A stretch of 37,717 nt of DNA, from positions 1-37,717 of the forward strand of contig LPNZ01010503.1 of assembly GCA_001655205.1 (NCBI GenBank). The letters run 5' to 3'. Both the position numbers and the translations under genes were made by a program. Source of the stretch: Lenisia limosa. Its lineage: Eukaryota > Protista > Breviatea. Positions 1-10,367 of this stretch are shown here, in pieces (position 1 is the stretch's first letter; each line of letters starts with the position of its first letter). Under the pieces are notes generated by a model. It saw only the letters and a list, made by a program, of their open reading frames with translations, did no database searches and was not told the DNA's origin.

Positions 1-339
1 AGACCATAATTGTATAGTATTTTACCCTTAGGGCACCACCCCGTGGCGAGCTGACCCGAATTTTGGAGTACCTGGAGATCAATCAGATCTTCCATTTTTT
101 GGGTGTTTCTTTGTTTTAATCCCGAAAAAATCCCTCATTCTTCTCACAACTGTTTAATATTGTGAGTAGTTTTTTATTGCGCTTGTTATGTTTTAAGAAT
201 CGGGAAGTGCCAAAGGCGTATTTTTTTGATTGGTAGATCATATATTGTTGAAGTGATTGATACTATTGGGGTGTTCAGCCAACCACCTGCAAACAATATG
301 AAAGCCAAAAAAAAGGAAAAGACAGAGGGGCATGGGATA

Positions 340-3300
340 ATGGAGAAGAAGGACAACTCTCGTCACCTTGGTAAGATCAGAGAATATTCTTCTTTCACAC
401 TCTTCTTCCGATCTTATGTGTTACCGAAATGTAGGAGTGGCATTTGGCCTGATTCTACTGTCCCTTATTCTTGGTTTCCGGACCTTTGTACAAGGCTTCT
501 TCAATGTCCACATCATCCCGTCCGAGCAACTGGCCGTGGACTTCCTCCCTGTGATTCCCGGTACTAATGTTTCAGACGTGGGGGGAGTGTTCAGTCAGGT
601 TTCTTTTTAAACTTCTATTCTGCCTCAACCCTACTTCTTATCCTGTATGGGTGGTGGTTTAATTGAGGATTCTCCGACCAGGGTACTTGCGCCATTATTT
701 TTTTTAAAAAAAAAATTGTTTGATACAAGGGAAACAAATACATGAGGACCATATGTCGGGGAAGCGTCTTGAAGCATTTTGGGGGCCCCTCTCTGAGGAG
801 GTACAGGGGCCAGCCTTCTTCAACGGCAACTGCCGTCATGGTCACTTAAACCGCCGCCAACTCAACAGCCACCAAAGTGTAAGAAAATATGACCTCTGGC
901 GACCTGAAATCTCAATCCTCCCACCCGAGGAACCTACACTTGTGGAACTGAATATCGAATAGTTTTAAATAATTTAAATCATTTGTGAACAATCCCTCAC
1001 CAGCAGATCATGTGGAGGGACATTCTCGGACACGATTCGTGAGATAAAGAGGTACTGCGCATAGAGACGGGGACAGTGGCACGGGCATATGGCGATCTTG
1101 ATGACGAAGGAACAGAATGAAACTTATTCGAAAAATATTCTCTACAAATGTCACAGAAACACAGAAACCAATTTTTCAAACATACGTGATTAAAACCCAA
1201 GAAATTGGATATATCCAGTTAAAGTCATCTGGAGTTAAAAAAAAAAAGTAAACAAAACCCTTACTTTGAAAAAAGGGGGTCTAAAAGCTCTAAAAGCCAT
1301 CAAAATCCCAATCATTAATAATCTCAGCTTGAACTTCTTCATGATTGCGATGATGATAGTCGTCATTGGCATGGCCATCTCTTAAAGCACCGTGTAGTGA
1401 GAGTTGTTCAAACACTTCTTGATTGAGAATTGTTCCAAACGATGATTCGACGAGCCACATATCAAACTCAAGAATGAAGCATCGAGTCGTAGGAACACCA
1501 GGTCTGAAGTCGAGAAAAACAGCAATAGAAGTGACATCTGAAGCACTTCTCTTAACTTTGCCCCTTATTGGGGTGGACTGGAAGGACAGACAACTATTGG
1601 CTGAAAGGAATCGCTGGATTATTGCTTTTTACTGTGGCTAAACTGTAATAAGAATAATAGCCTACAGAAAGATGTAAATACACCTGGGTTAAACCACCCA
1701 TTTTCCCCCTTCATGTACCTTTTCTTCTCTTCATGAACATCTTCATTTGTTTTATTGCGTACTTGTTCATTGTTCACTCTACCGCGGAAATGCGAACTCA
1801 GTTCTTGTTCATTTGTGTTCTCAATTCTCTGAATAGACATCACCCACCACCTTCATTGATTCGTCGTCACGTTTACCCTTTACACTAGTATCCACCTTGT
1901 CACATCTTTATTGTACTCTCACCCGCCCAGCCCATAACACCTTCCTACTCGCGGTCAATTCTCATGCTTGTCGATGCTGGAAGGGCCGACTTTACCCTGT
2001 CTTCACTGAAGGGCCTTGATTGCGATGAAAGGTGTTGGGGTGCTTAACTTAAATAGTTACAGCTGCAGCTCTGGATTTTCAGACAAACTATTTGATACCA
2101 TGATTTACTCCCGTCAGCACGGACAACGCACGGCACCCGAGTATTGACATGCCCTTCACGCACAACCTGCTCTGTTCCGGTGCCGCAAGAGGCCACGTGG
2201 CACGTGCACGTACCCCAACAGTGACACTGCCCAGAATTAAGGTATGGCTCTACAGCAGAGAAGAAGAATGAATAGTATTCAGAACACGTTGAAACAGCAA
2301 TAATTGGCTCAATATTATGTACAAATGAGCTACTATTATGAAGAATCTCTTCTCTGTTACTTCGGATCATCCCAGCCTGTTGCTAAATACCCTGAAATTG
2401 ATGTTTGGGACATCCGATTTTGCATTGCACTTTTTACCTCCAGGCAATGATGGGAGGCGTGGTACCGTCCTTCACAGACCTGGTTGTCAACCTTGCTGCT
2501 TCTGGCATGTCCGAAGAGGCCATCCCCACGCTCATGGCGCGGCAGAACCGGACGTGTGTCTTCCATGGCGATGACACCGTGGGAATGCGGGAGCAAAATA
2601 ATGCAACTATGGAGGGAAACTAATTTTAAGTTGGATCATCAGAATGAGGTGCTGACACTTGTTCACAATTTAGTGGGACAAGCTCTTTCCTGGTTCATTC
2701 GACCCCCGATCAAAGCCCACGTCGTCATTTTTTGTAACGGTAAGAGGGTCAGCATTAAACGGATGGAGTTTAACAAATAAGCGTATTGTTGTTCTTGGAT
2801 CCAAGTGAATCACTCCATGGATGTTAACCCCCCAGGACACAGTGACTGTGGACTCCAATGTGACTCGCCATATTCCAAACGAAATGGAGCACTTTGACTT
2901 TGGCATGCTTGTGCTGCACTATCTTGGTGTCGACCATATCGGCCATCTTGAGGGTCCCGACGGGCCAAGAATGGCTCCAAAGCTCCGCGAAATGGTTGGC
3001 CTCAGTTTCCAGTCAAAGGTGACATTGTAGGATGGCATCTTCCAGCAACTCGTTGAGGGAGCAGAGGCGTTTGACTCTAAGGTGGGGGATGCTCACTGGC
3101 AATATTGTTTTCTTCCATTGTGTCGCTGTCTAATGAGCAGTCTGGGGAGCTGCCAACTCTTGTCATCATGGCGTCCGATCATGGTAGGCTCCAATTCTGT
3201 CAGTACCGATCATAGTAATATTTTATCTACAACTTGTGGGCTCTTACACGTTTGGGTTGTTTTTGTTTTTGTGTTTTTGTCATCTGGCTTTTGTCTAGTT

Positions 3301-6300
3301 TTAGCGTTGGTTGCTCGTTCTTCATCGAAATTTCCTTCGTTTTACTCCCCCCTCCCAGGAATGTCAGATATGGGCAACCATGGAGGCAGCTCCGAGCCTG
3401 AAACTGCTGCTTTCATGATCCATTGGTGCGTGAACCCATTTGATTTGTTACTATGATAATTAGATATTGTCCTCATTGTTTATGATCACCCCTCAGGTCC
3501 AAAAAGTCTGCTGAGCAGATGCTGCCGCCCGGAGATGAGGAAGTGCCGCAGGTGAGTTCAGTTCCGGTGGAATATCTAAATATGAGACTATAATCAAATA
3601 TTGACATTATGGTGTGGACGACTACCATATATACAACCTTTTTACCATTTCTACAAACTACATAACTGCAAATGACCCAGCAGGGTAGTTTGGCTTCAGG
3701 CCTCTCCGCAGCCCTCGGCCTTCCGATCCCCTCAGCCAACACCGTGTCCATACCAAGGAGCATCATCCGCCTCTTGCCGCCCAGCCACGCCTTGAGGGCT
3801 CTTCAGGTTCGCTTGATCAGCCCTTTCTAGAGGCAACCGAAAATATCTCTTCTTTCAACATATCATATACTATATATATGTATGATCCCAATGATGATAC
3901 TATTGTCCATATTGAAGATGTTGTGAAGAAGAGTTATTGAGTATGTGCTATTAATGCCATATTCTTGTCTCACACTGGCAGCTGAACAACCATCAGCTCC
4001 TTCGCCTGCTCAAAATCTCATCCCCAGAAAACTGTGGGTCGTGATGCAAAATATTGTTACGCAATCCACTTGAGGACCCAATTTCAATGGAAATTTCATT
4101 GCGAACTGAAGTTTACTCAGATGTTCAACATATAAATGCTCTGATTCTTAGTATTCCATAACCGCCACCCCCCTCAGATGAGACCCATACAGAAGCGTTG
4201 AAGAAAGCTGAAGACAAACATGCCTCATGGAACAAAGAGCCCTCAGATGAATGTTGGCGCTCATCCTGGTTATATTGATATTGGCACTTTATATTCCTTC
4301 AATGCTTTTGTTTCAGTCCTTCACTTTAGCCTACAACTGACCACTACAGCATTCAATAAGGCTTGCGATGCGTACTACAAGTCTATGGAACCCATTTGTG
4401 AATCCCTTTCAGGTTGGCCTTAGTTTCGGCTTTATCCCGTGTTTACTTTTAAGCCCAAAAGAGCAGCCTCTTGATTGTGCCGCTTTTCTCCGGTCTCTTA
4501 TCAATGCTCTTCGCAGTAGTTGCGGCGGTTATTGCTGCGGCCGGCCTCATGGAATCGGAAGTGCGTTGATTAGTTGGATCTTTATAAACCTTGGGGCTTG
4601 ATGTTACCCTCACTATGCAGTTGTCGGTGTGTACCTTCGGCGTCAATGGACTGTTGACCGTTCTGGCTGGCGTGGCCTGTGAAGTAACTCGCATTCTCCT
4701 CATTGACAGTGATGATACCCTCTCCAGTGGGTGGGGACCGTGCTTATGCTAATCAGTATCCTTTGTAAGTGTGATGGTGGAGGCCACGTTACTATTTTGC
4801 CTCAGCTTTAATTCGCTTACGAGAGCAGTGTTAAGCCTGTCCCTTGGTATGATGGCCATGGTTGTACCCGTCATGGAGTATTCCCTGTCTCCAACCACCT
4901 TTTGGCGAATGCCGAATGAAATCAAATCCAACTTTGTAGGCTCGAAGGATGGTAATATACTTTGGATAAATGTGCAATGCATGATACATACTTTTCTAGC
5001 CCCATCCTTATAGTGTGATTAATTCTGTGTACCTTGCACCACCCCACAGAACCACTTTATTATACTAACAGACATCATTCATTACATCTTCAACGGTGGT
5101 CATCTTACCCCCCTCCCCCAGTTGACCATTATCTGCGTGGTGTCATTCTTGATGTACACTGGATCCCTTGGAAGCAGCAGCTTTGTAGAGGAGGAGCACC
5201 AAATGGCTTACTTCATGTCCACTACCGTCATCATTGTCATTTCCCTCAACTATTTCTCGAGTGAGCCCAATGTCAATGGGCTGCATTTCCTACGGAAAGA
5301 TGACTGACCCCCCCCCCCCCNNNNNNNNNNNNNNNNNNNNNNNNNNNNNNNNNNNNNNNNNNNNNNNNNNNNNNNNNNNNNNNNNNNNNNNNNNNNNNNN
5401 NNNNNNNNNNNNNNNNNNNNNNNNNNNNNNNNNNNNNNNNGATTTTGTAACCCCCTTTTGACATTGGTTTTGTGATTTGTTTTATCCATCTGATCAATTT
5501 CTTTTGGTTCCTGTGTTTTGAAATGTTTTGTTAACAGAAATGATTTTAAGTTTTTGTTTGTTTCATAAGTTCTCCCTTTCCAACAGGCTCATGAACCAAA
5601 CCGGAGACAAGTGGCTTGGAGCGCCAGACTTCTCATCGTTCCTCCTTGGGTCCGAAATGGAATCGACACTGCAACGTCTTCTCATTATTGCCACCTACGT
5701 GCCTGCCTTTTTGAGTGTGCTCTGCAGTGTGACCGGTGCAGGATTGTCGCTCTTTGTTGCTGTCCCCTTGGCAGCCATGAGCGCTTTCGTGTCTTCGGAT
5801 CTTCCGCTATGCTGGTTTGCAGAGTTGTCAAGAGCTTTCCATCTTGGTCTCAGATCCAGTCACAACCCCTTTACGTATTTAGGGCTTCGTCTGAGAACTG
5901 CTGGGAAAGTCTCAAAGTGATAGTCTCTTTGTTAGCCCTTTCTGCCTGCTTGGCTTTCTTCAAAAAGAACAAAGTAAGATACACACTACTCCTTTATTCT
6001 TGTCACTCACCTACCAGATGACTTACCTCGGATTCACCATTGCCTGTCTTCGTCTTCTTGCCCTTTACCACAAGCCGAGTGTGTTGGGGGGAGCTCTATC
6101 ATCTTGGCAGATACCGCCATATTTCTGCTCATCTGATGTGATACATTCTTATCATTTGTTTGACGCCTTTCAGCGAATGCAGTGCTGCTTATCTTCATTA
6201 TGGGTCCCTTGGCGATCCTGGCTGCTAAGCAGGTCATTAAAACTAAAAGGTGACTCAGGGTTCCTGTCATTAACAGTTCTTCTGTCTGTTAACTTTTCTA

Positions 6301-6967
6301 GTTTGATTATTGTGTTTATGTGCAGCCCATTAGGCCAATTGTAATAATTCAGTTCGCCGATAGTGATAATCACAGTCTTTTGGTGGTTGTCAAGAGCGTC
6401 ATACTTCTTCATTGGTACGTCTGATCTTACTTTGCAATTATCTCCTTTCTGCGAATGAAAAATGCAAATCAAGGCTTTTTGAGATTATGCCCCTCACCAC
6501 CCCAGGTAACTCAAACTCTATATCTCGCCTCGACTTCTCTGGTGCGTATTTGGGCATCGACGACTTCAACGTCTTTGCGGTCGCTATGTGGGGGACTGGT
6601 TTGACGTGTCCCTTCACACCGGCTAGCTACATTCTTATGATGCCCATACGTTATATTTCGCGTTTAAACTAACACACACAGTCAGGGCCTGCTTCAAGTC
6701 TACAGCGGACCTATTCTCATAGCAATTGCTATATCGGGAGAGGTCTGCCACTTGCCTAATGGGGCGGTTCTCCTTGCTTTCGGCCTCATTGCCATCCGCA
6801 CAGTGGTGGCCTTGGTGTACAGTGTCATTCTTCTGGCTTGCAAGGATCATTTGTTTATTTGGAGCGTGTTTTCTCCGAAAATGGTTTTTGAGGGTGCAGA
6901 GATTTTGGTTCTTCTTGTCCAGCTTTTCATTATTTCTTTGGTCCAAGGTGTGTTTACCGGAAAGTAG
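340..6967 (+). CDS. PIGG: GPI ethanolamine phosphate transferase 2 (PIG-G/GPI7), multi-exon (about 25 exons)
   Basis: Manual splicing keeps frame: exons 340-370, 435-598, 1931-2031, 2118-2241, 2444-2578, 2674-2739, 2836-2994, 3031-3081, 3141-3183, 3359-3425 and onward. The product carries the family motifs ILMLVDAGR, PTVTLPRIKAMMGG, FHGDDTWDKLFP, SFFVTDTVTVDSNVTRH, LHYLGVDHIGH, SDHGMSDMGNHGGSS, LGLPIP, SSFVEEEHQ, NQTG, GNSNS and HLFIWSVFSPK. It ends at TAG 6965-6967. The gap at 5321-5440 probably hides an exon. Confidence 0.95.
842..1840 (-). CDS. Candidate spliced antisense gene nested in PIGG intron 2 (hypothetical protein)
   Basis: Three consecutive canonical minus-strand introns: 1264-1229 (GTAAGG...TTAACTCCAG), 1185-1142 (GTATGT...TTTGTAG) and 1000-948 (GTGAGG...ATTCAG). 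One frame stays open across them for about 97 codons (DFNWIYPISWVLITEYFSNKF...WRRFK*, TGA 842-844). A 113-codon open frame lies at about 1300-1640 and an ATG exon at 1840. No homology recognised, and the 5' exons are not cleanly joined. Confidence 0.4.
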
Positions 6968-7038
6968 CCTGTGGCCGGCTTGCTGTATTTAAATATATTT
7001 TCTACTGTTTCAACAAATGAGGTAGTCACAAAGCAACA

Positions 7039-10024
7039 CTAATTTACAACGAGGGGACACACAACGACGTCATTATCCATTCCAGCGTATTGGCCGTAGT
7101 TCAGGGAAAGATCACTCGAACCATTCGAACCGATGAGAACAGTAGATGCTGGGAGGAGCGGGGGTAAAGAATAACAGTTACCATGGGAGAATCAGTGATT
7201 GAAGGGAACAACGAAATAATTACCAACCCGGCGCCAACTCAAGGTTTGTGGATTTGTATCGAGAGATGAGGAGGAGTCAAGCTCATACGTCTGTGTTGTT
7301 CTGCTGTTTGTCTAAATAGTTAAGAACGGAAAGAACAGCATAAAATTGTCACCCACATAAAGCTGTAGAATAGTTCTTTTTTCATTTGTTGCTCCAGACG
7401 TTCTGCTGATGTATGTCACGGCGTACACGCCTCGTTTGAACGCAAAATCCGGACCAGAGGTGTTGATGCTTGTCGAGTTGCCGGCAAGATAAGGCAGACT
7501 GACGCGTTAGTGGTTCAATGATAATGGTTTGTTTTTGAAAAGCACCCCCTCCCCACGTTGAGTTTGCGACTACTGTGTTAACATCAAGGAACCCTGACGT
7601 GGAGGTAAGGGTCACAGACGCACACCCGTAATCATCTAAGTTGTCAGCCAAGCAGGGCTAATCGATAGTATAAGTAGGGTCAAAAACAGAGACATACCAT
7701 TATCAGGGTGTTTAGATATGACCTGTTCGAAGTATGATGTCTTGGGGGCCTTGACCAGAGCCTGGATTGTGCCTCCTGCTGCAAGCTCAAATGTGAAGGT
7801 CTGGCCTGTCGGGAGTGAAACAGTACACTTTCCTTTGGGTTCACACTGAGCACTGAAGTGCAGGGCTTACCTATTGTGACTGCTTGGTCATGACGATGTA
7901 ATAATACCTCTGAATTGTCATAAAAATATACTAAGGGTATTTTGTATTTCTCATTGCTATATACATGTATATAAGAAGGCTAGTAGAAAAGGGAACGGAA
8001 CTGTTTTGAAAAAAGAAAGCAGTGCAAGAAAAGGACAGACATCACCCACCTTGGTCATTGATAAGGATTTTCACCTCGATGGAAGTGTCATAATTCCCAT
8101 TCAGCTGATATAAATACCTGCAGGGTGAGCTCCAAATAGGTCAACGGATAATGATGTACACCTTTAAACAGCAGCTGTAACTCACTTTCCAGACTTGGGA
8201 GCAGTGAAAATGCTGGCCTGGGCTGGAGGTACAAGAACTCCTGACCTGAGATGTTATCCAATCATATTTGAGGAATGATAAGGCTTTTGTCCTCGGAGAA
8301 GACTTCAATAAAATATGTAGTAATATCCTATGATGAACATTCTTCATGCCTTCCAAACTGATACAGGTAGAAAATGAGTTGAATTGGGGAAAATATATGA
8401 TATATTACCCCCCCCCCCAACGGTGTCCTTTCTGCCGCGCTAAAGCTGGACCATGTTCCATCGAAATCCGTGAATGTTGATACTCCGAAAGCCTCAACTA
8501 CACACGTAATTGGTTGTGCACAAACGTTTCATTTAATAGACAGTATTATACAATTTACTAATGATCCAAATAATATGCAATTGAGGAAATCCAGAGATTT
8601 TCTGACCCACATACTTGGGTTAGCTTTGACAACTCCGGCCACTCCTTTGTCATTTGAGTTTGTTGACAGGGCGAAACCAATAATCGTGCCTGCATGGTAA
8701 CTGATTCGACTTGCCAGCAAACACGCAGACCCACCTTTTGTGAAGTACCTGATAGAAGAAGCTCCAGCGTCAGGCCACCCACGCCCAACTGCTACAAACG
8801 ATATCAATCAGCAATAAGTACCCGACTGATTGACACCAGATGGTCGAAAGAAGACCTTAAAATCAGTAATATGCACCCACCATAATTAGTGGAGGAAAGA
8901 GGGACTGGGTCTAAGACTCGGCTAGCCCCCGGGTACTCCCTGGTGTAATAGCAAGACTTGTGAACGTCTGGAGGAGATACTCTACTCAGTCAGTTTGGAG
9001 CGGCTTCAAGTACCATTTGACGCTTTTGGGACATGGGTTAGCACCAAACCTGGTGTTATGGGCTCCATAAACGGTGTAATAGCCATCCTCATCGATTCTG
9101 AATGTTTGACTGTCCGCTAACAAAAGACCGTTTTGGAACCTGAGGATGTTAGGCTTCGTAACTACAAATATAGAAGAGCTACCAGAGTTTCCAGTATCCC
9201 TCAAATCCGCTCTCTTGAGATGAACATCACAGTGACCCCCCTCACGCAGTGGTAGTGGCTGCAACGTACATGGACCCAACAGCAGTGGTTCCGTAATTCA
9301 TATAGAACACCCCACCCAGACGTGTCTCGTCTTCTTCTGAAAAATCAATTGTCGTAATCGAAAACTACTTTGGATATGATAGATAGATTGTTCACAGTAT
9401 TGCTTAAGTCATAAATCTTTATACACCTGAATAAGGAGTTGATTTGATCAGAGACTCGACCCCCCCCCCCCNNNNNNNNNNNNNNNNNNNNNNNNNNNNN
9501 NNNNNNNNNNNNNNNNNNNNNNNNNNNNNNNNNNNNNNNNNNNNNNNNNNNNNNNNNNNNNNNNNNNNNNAAGCCGGCCGTTTTTGAGACTAGAAAGTCA
9601 GCGCCATCGGAACTGGACGGAACTTACACAAGAGTTGCAGTAGCACATGAATTCTCTGCTGATTCTTCGAGGATTAACTCTGTCACACCATTGATAGACA
9701 GTCCTAAACAGTCACGGATGTCTTTGGGGGCTAGTACTGCGGAGGGGTAAATATTAACTGATTGCGCCAACCCTCCTTATCTTACCGCTATTGGAGATTC
9801 TGACAGCGGCAATGGAAAGTCCAATGAAACTGAATAACGTGAGAATGGGCAAATTGATGAATCATCCATCCCGTCTTGAATGAATTGATAAAATTACAGT
9901 GCAGTGGATATCCAAAAATTACACATAGGAAATAGGGGTCAGATACTATTAATCAAAGTTACACCCTTATATTTAACAAATAGTAGCGAAACAAGGCTCA
10001 CCAGAGGAAAAGAAGCGCTACCAT
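7039..10024 (-). CDS. Secreted protein of unknown function, multi-exon, with a possible vWD-like segment
   Basis: The spliced N-terminus MVALLFLC|FIGLSIAAVRISNS|VLAPKDIRDCLG is a signal peptide (ATG 10024). Downstream exons are beta-rich (PLPLREGGHCDV..., YLYQLNGNYD, AQCEPKGKCTVSL...) and the last exon is STVLIGSNG...CPLVVN* (TAG 7039-7041). CVVEAFGVSTFTDFDGTW...GQEFLYLQ (about 8200-8510) loosely resembles the FGDPHxxTFDG...GEFxL start of vWD domains. The gap at 9472-9570 interrupts the gene. Confidence 0.75.
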
Positions 10025-10186
10025 TCCGAACTCTTTTCTTGACTCTTTTTAACTTTTTTATCGTTTTAATGCAGTTTATCTGTTTATCTGCTACTGTTTC
10101 GCTGTTACTGTTTCTGCATTTTCTGCTTTCACTGCTAGTGCTTTTGTTTTCTCACAGCGCACCCGGCGCACCCGTGGCGCCAAAGC

Positions 10187-10217
10187 AAATTGGATAGATC
10201 AAAGATCTATCCAATTT
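10187..10217. promoter_or_regulatory. Perfect 14-bp inverted repeat with 3-nt spacer carrying mirrored CCAAT boxes, centred in a divergent promoter
   Basis: AAATTGGATAGATC-AAA-GATCTATCCAATTT, read directly. Its centre (10202) is almost at the midpoint (10196) of the divergent ATGs at 10024 and 10368. A regulatory role is inferred. Confidence 0.6.
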
Positions 10218-10367
10218 TTTGTGCTTATTCTGGCCTCCCTTGCATCTCCCCTCCTCTTGTGTTTTCCAAAGTGTATTATATTTATTATTATTTTTAATAA
10301 ATAACTAAGCAACGGCCTCTTGATAAACTCACTTTCACTCCCGTCTCCCGACCACTCACAACCCATC

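Noticed and set aside
1-95. Possible first exon of a divergent minus-strand gene (MEDLIDLQ...)
   Set aside because: It is too short, has several alternative frames, shows no recognisable homology and runs off the window.
990-1640. Plus-strand protein-like frames with several in-frame TGA (possible Sec or Trp recoding, or a Tc1-like relic)
   Set aside because: TAG and TAA also interrupt these frames, the TGA contexts are not Cys/Sec-like, no SECIS was seen, and the splice signals point to the minus strand. The LPPEEPTLVELNIE resemblance to a transposase motif is too weak.
2044-2370. Minus-strand Cys-rich ORF ending WYQIVCLKIQSCSCNYLS, reminiscent of a cystine-knot growth factor
   Set aside because: It is the antisense shadow of PIGG exon 4 (MPFTHNLL...PTVTLPRIK) and its flanking introns.
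9570-9900. Long minus-strand frame broken only by TAA codons, suggesting TAA reassignment
   Set aside because: Both TAAs fall inside GTAAG introns. Normal splicing gives the signal peptide and mature N-terminus of the 7039-10024 gene, and conserved genes use the standard code.
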